The notes beneath the pieces are model-generated. The model was given only the letters and a program-made list of their open reading frames with translations. It was not told the DNA's origin and searched no databases. From the IMG/VR virus record IMGVR_UViG_3300027020_000013: a stretch of DNA of 64,000 nt; one strand, given 5' to 3'. This stretch comes from an uncultured virus (IMG/VR IMGVR_UViG_3300027020_000013) (Duplodnaviria; Heunggongvirae; Uroviricota; Caudoviricetes). Of this stretch, positions 60,807 to 64,000 are shown in pieces. The translations under genes were made by a program, and so were the position numbers. Positions within the stretch are counted from its first letter, which is position 1, and every line of letters begins with the position of its first letter.

Positions 60807-62182
60807 TGATTGTTAATGAGGTTTTGTCGTTCTTCCATAATACCCTCGAATTGCTGAGTTCTGGCGATTCGACGGTTAAAGGTTTTATGACCTTGGGTCT
60901 GATGGGCGTATTAGGTTGGTTCGGTCGAACTATCCCGCAGACCATCTGGAACTTCATTCGTCGTAACACCGTGGCATCGATGACGTTTACCCGTGCTGGG
61001 TCGTACTCGATGGACCTGCATAACTACGCTGAGTTTATGAAGTGGTTTGCTCGCACCAAGTGGGCGAAGTACGATCGTAACCGGCGTGTAACGTTTGATC
61101 GTGACGATCCTGCATTCGGTCCGGGTATGGGATTCCACTGGTTCTTCTTTGAAGGGCGTTACTTCTGGTTCAATGTACAACGCCTGGCATCTTCAGGTAC
61201 GGACATTGAAAAAGAAGAGTTCACTCTTTATACGTTCGGTCGTAGTACAGAACCATTCGAACGACTGGTAGAAGAGTTCCGCATCAAGAAAGATAAAAAT
61301 GCTGTGCGGATCTATGCTCCAGAAGAAGGTCGTTGGTCTATCACGGGTAAGCTCAAGCTGAACCAAGGTGAGATTCTCGTAATCGATCCAACCGTTGAGG
61401 AAGAGTTCTTCGGTTCGATTCAGCGATTCATCGACAACGAACAGTGGTACCGTAAGCGTGGTCGTGCGTACAAACACACCGTGATTCTCGAAGGTCCACC
61501 TGGTACGGGTAAAACCTCGTTAATTAAAGCTGCGGCTCGTAGATTCAAACGAGACGTACACTTCATTAACTTGGCTACCGATGGTCGTGCATTGCAGAAA
61601 CTGATCTCCCAGCTTTCGCCTGGGGACATGCTCTGCATTGAAGACTTCGATGACGTTAAGTCGCTGCACCGTCGTGTAGCAGCTGAACCGACTGAGAAGC
61701 GTCTCGAAATGGGTGATGATGGCATCGCTAAAGAACTGGCCTTCATGGACTGTGATATTCAGCTGTCCACGTTCCTCAACATCTTGCAGGGTGTAGTGGA
61801 ACTCGAAGACCTGATCATCGTGATGACCACCAACCACATCGAGAAGATCGACCCAGCTGTATATCGTCCTTCTCGTGTGGATAAAAACATCCACGTACCA
61901 TTCTTGAAAGACGCTGAAGTTAAGCGCTACATCGATGCGATGTATGATAATCCTACTTACGACCGTAATGTAATGTTCCCGGATACGGCGGCTGCAGTAT
62001 TGTCCGGCCTGTTTACGGAACATCCACATGACGCCAGTGCGTTCATCGAACATCTCGGTACTCTCAGCGACAGCTATATCGCTGAGAACTACGCATTGAG
62101 ACCAGAACCTGCCCCAGTAAAGAAAGCACCCGCTAAACGTGGTGCGGTACCAATTGAAGCTGTGGGCGAACCAGCTGTGTAA
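60806..62182 (+). CDS. BCS1-like membrane-anchored AAA+ ATPase
   Basis: N-terminal TM, PGMGFHWFFFEG (BCS1_N-like), GPPGTGKTS, IEDFD, LSTFLNILQG, TTNH, RPSRVD. Confidence 0.85.
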   Translation: MIVNEVLSFFHNTLELLSSGDSTVKGFMTLGLMGVLGWFGRTIPQTIWNFIRRNTVASMTFTRAGSYSMDLHNYAEFMKWFARTKWAKYDRNRRVTFDRDDPAFGPGMGFHWFFFEGRYFWFNVQRLASSGTDIEKEEFTLYTFGRSTEPFERLVEEFRIKKDKNAVRIYAPEEGRWSITGKLKLNQGEILVIDPTVEEEFFGSIQRFIDNEQWYRKRGRAYKHTVILEGPPGTGKTSLIKAAARRFKRDVHFINLATDGRALQKLISQLSPGDMLCIEDFDDVKSLHRRVAAEPTEKRLEMGDDGIAKELAFMDCDIQLSTFLNILQGVVELEDLIIVMTTNHIEKIDPAVYRPSRVDKNIHVPFLKDAEVKRYIDAMYDNPTYDRNVMFPDTAAAVLSGLFTEHPHDASAFIEHLGTLSDSYIAENYALRPEPAPVKKAPAKRGAVPIEAVGEPAV

Positions 62183-62191
62183 GAGGATATC

Positions 62192-62536
62192 ATGGAACCA
62201 AAACTGCATCACTTTTTCCGCGTACTGCCTGATGAAATGACTTACCACAAAGATCGCTTCTTTGTTACTGAAGGAGCGAAAGTGGTTTCGGTTAAGTTCG
62301 TTGCTGCTTATCATGGCGAACATGTACTCACGAACGAAGTTGAAGTTATCGCTCGTGGTGTTGAACTTGGCAAGGTTGCACGTTTCCTGGTACGCTGTGG
62401 TGATCAGGAAACAGATCTGGTTATGGATCTGGAGACTTGCCGGTACGAAGCTGATAGCAACATCAAAACGAAGCTCGGTGATGTCGAGTTGCTTTTCGAT
62501 GCCGACTTTGCAATGGAACAAAAGGAAGCTGCATGA
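62192..62536 (+). CDS. hypothetical protein, 114 aa
   Basis: GAGGA SD. Confidence 0.75.
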   Translation: MEPKLHHFFRVLPDEMTYHKDRFFVTEGAKVVSVKFVAAYHGEHVLTNEVEVIARGVELGKVARFLVRCGDQETDLVMDLETCRYEADSNIKTKLGDVELLFDADFAMEQKEAA

Positions 62537-63477
62537 CACAGAATCTGAAGTTGATCGTTACTCAGGAGGGATTGGGTCACTCCCAGTCCTTCCCTACCGA
62601 AATCCGCGATGGGCGAATGTTCCCTGCGGGTGAAGTGAACGTATCTATCCCACGTGAGGATGTACATGGTCGCAAGGGTGTCTGGTATAAAGGCGAGACT
62701 TATCGCATTGTAGCTGCTCTACCTGACGCAGCTGCTGCTTGGTCTTTGATCATGGCTGTTAACGCTATCCGTGAAAACGCGACCGTAGCTAACCCACAGA
62801 TTACTCTGGACATCGGCTACATGCCATACGCTCGTCAAGACCGTGTGTGCAATCCAGGTGAAGCGAATTCAGCTAAGGCGTTTGCCCACGTCATCAACAG
62901 TTTGAATGTTGAGCGTGTTGTTCTGACAGACCCTCACTCTGACGTGATTGGTTCGGTGCTGAACAATGCTCGTGTGTTCTCGCTGAATGATCTGTTCCGC
63001 AAGCACATGCTAGATATCGGCAGTGTCGATCGAATCAACCCAGCTAAGACCATCTTGGTTGCTCCAGATGCTGGTGCACGTAAGAAAGTCGAATCGCTGG
63101 CAAAGGAATTCGGCTTCAAAGGTGTTGTGTACGCTAACAAGGTACGTAACACTCGTGACGGCAAGATCCTGCGCACTACTGTAGACAGCTTTGTTTGCGG
63201 TGAAGAAGTTCTGGAACTCGATGAACTCCGCGGCGAAGAACTGTTGATCGTTGATGACATCTGTGATGGTGGCCGTACCTTCACTGAGCTCGCTAAGGTC
63301 CTGAAGCAATATGACCTGGGTTCGTTGTCGCTCTACGTCACTCACGGCATCTTCTCGGCTGGCATCAATGTGTTGACCGATGTCTTCGACAAAGTTTACA
63401 CCATGAATACCTATCACGTGGATCTGCCTTCCCGTGAGAACAATCCTGAAAACCTGATCGCATTCAAGCACCTCTAA
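62533..63477 (+). CDS. prs: ribose-phosphate pyrophosphokinase-like protein (probable NARP1 Adps)
   Basis: FPAGE, PYARQDR, DPHS, APDAGA, IVDDICDGGRTF, THGIFS. Confidence 0.9.
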   Translation: MTQNLKLIVTQEGLGHSQSFPTEIRDGRMFPAGEVNVSIPREDVHGRKGVWYKGETYRIVAALPDAAAAWSLIMAVNAIRENATVANPQITLDIGYMPYARQDRVCNPGEANSAKAFAHVINSLNVERVVLTDPHSDVIGSVLNNARVFSLNDLFRKHMLDIGSVDRINPAKTILVAPDAGARKKVESLAKEFGFKGVVYANKVRNTRDGKILRTTVDSFVCGEEVLELDELRGEELLIVDDICDGGRTFTELAKVLKQYDLGSLSLYVTHGIFSAGINVLTDVFDKVYTMNTYHVDLPSRENNPENLIAFKHL

Positions 63478-63486
63478 GGATTCAAC

Positions 63487-64000
63487 ATGTCTGCACTTTG
63501 GCTTCAAGCTGGTACCGGTACTGACTTCTACAAACCAGGCCACGGTCCTCTGTACCCGGAAGGCACCACCCGTAAGTATTCGAACTTCACCCCGCGTTCG
63601 GCCAAGAACTTCATGCGCTCGAAATCGGCTTCGTCGTACTACGACAACAAAGTCGTAAACTTCGGTATCTACGGTACCTGGCAAGAACTGGTTGAGCTGT
63701 GGGATCGTACCTTCTTCAAGGTCGAAAAAGAGAAGGCCATCAAGAAGATCAAGCGTCGCTTCGACAATGCTTGTGGTGTTGATGTCATCTCGGTCAAACA
63801 GATCGCTGCACTGCATGACGTAGGCTACCTGCCTGTAACCGTGCTGGCTCTGGAAGAAGGCAAACGCGTTAACATCGGTATTCCGCTGTGGGTACTGTAC
63901 AACGAAGAAGAGCACAAAGAACACTACTGGTTGGTTAACTACCTGGAAACCATCCTGTCGTCGTACAACTGGCAGCAAATTACCAACGCCACTATCGCCT
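63487..64000 (+). CDS. nicotinamide phosphoribosyltransferase-like protein (probable NARP1 Namat), 3'-truncated; not in ORF track
   Basis: TAAGGA SD; TDFYKPGH, YSNFTPRS, LHDVGYLPV..ALEEG, WLVNYLET; open to the window end. Confidence 0.9.
   Translation, partial: MSALWLQAGTGTDFYKPGHGPLYPEGTTRKYSNFTPRSAKNFMRSKSASSYYDNKVVNFGIYGTWQELVELWDRTFFKVEKEKAIKKIKRRFDNACGVDVISVKQIAALHDVGYLPVTVLALEEGKRVNIGIPLWVLYNEEEHKEHYWLVNYLETILSSYNWQQITNATIA

Overview
This 64-kb window comes from a phiKZ-like (Chimalliviridae-type) jumbo phage, most likely infecting Pseudomonas. Positions ~1.4-23.4 kb hold the conserved virion block, syntenic with phiKZ gp174-gp182: head maturation protease, three split virion RNA polymerase subunits, a 2334-aa tape-measure/lytic transglycosylase protein and a gp182-like protein. 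The rest is mostly accessory genes. These include thymidylate kinase, a DEDDh exonuclease, a minus-strand tail-fibre cluster, an SF2 helicase, a SLOG/DprA-like protein, dCTP deaminase, an NAD-dependent ligase, an SspB-like ClpXP adaptor and a BCS1-like AAA ATPase. At the right edge is a PRS-like + NAMPT-like pair (NARP1-type NAD+ reconstitution). Nine phiKZ-type early promoters (TATATTAC and variants) and ~20 hairpin terminators, mostly cUUCGg, are visible. The most striking unexplained feature is an ORF-poor ~165-nt intergenic unit at 42251-42420. It has its own putative late promoter and terminator and can fold into a multi-stem RNA. It carries 16 nt (AGGAGGTGATCCAGCC) perfectly complementary to the 3' end of Pseudomonas-type 16S rRNA, making it a candidate ribosome-binding/anti-SD-sequestering phage ncRNA. 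All family calls come from motif recognition and synteny; no database searches were run.
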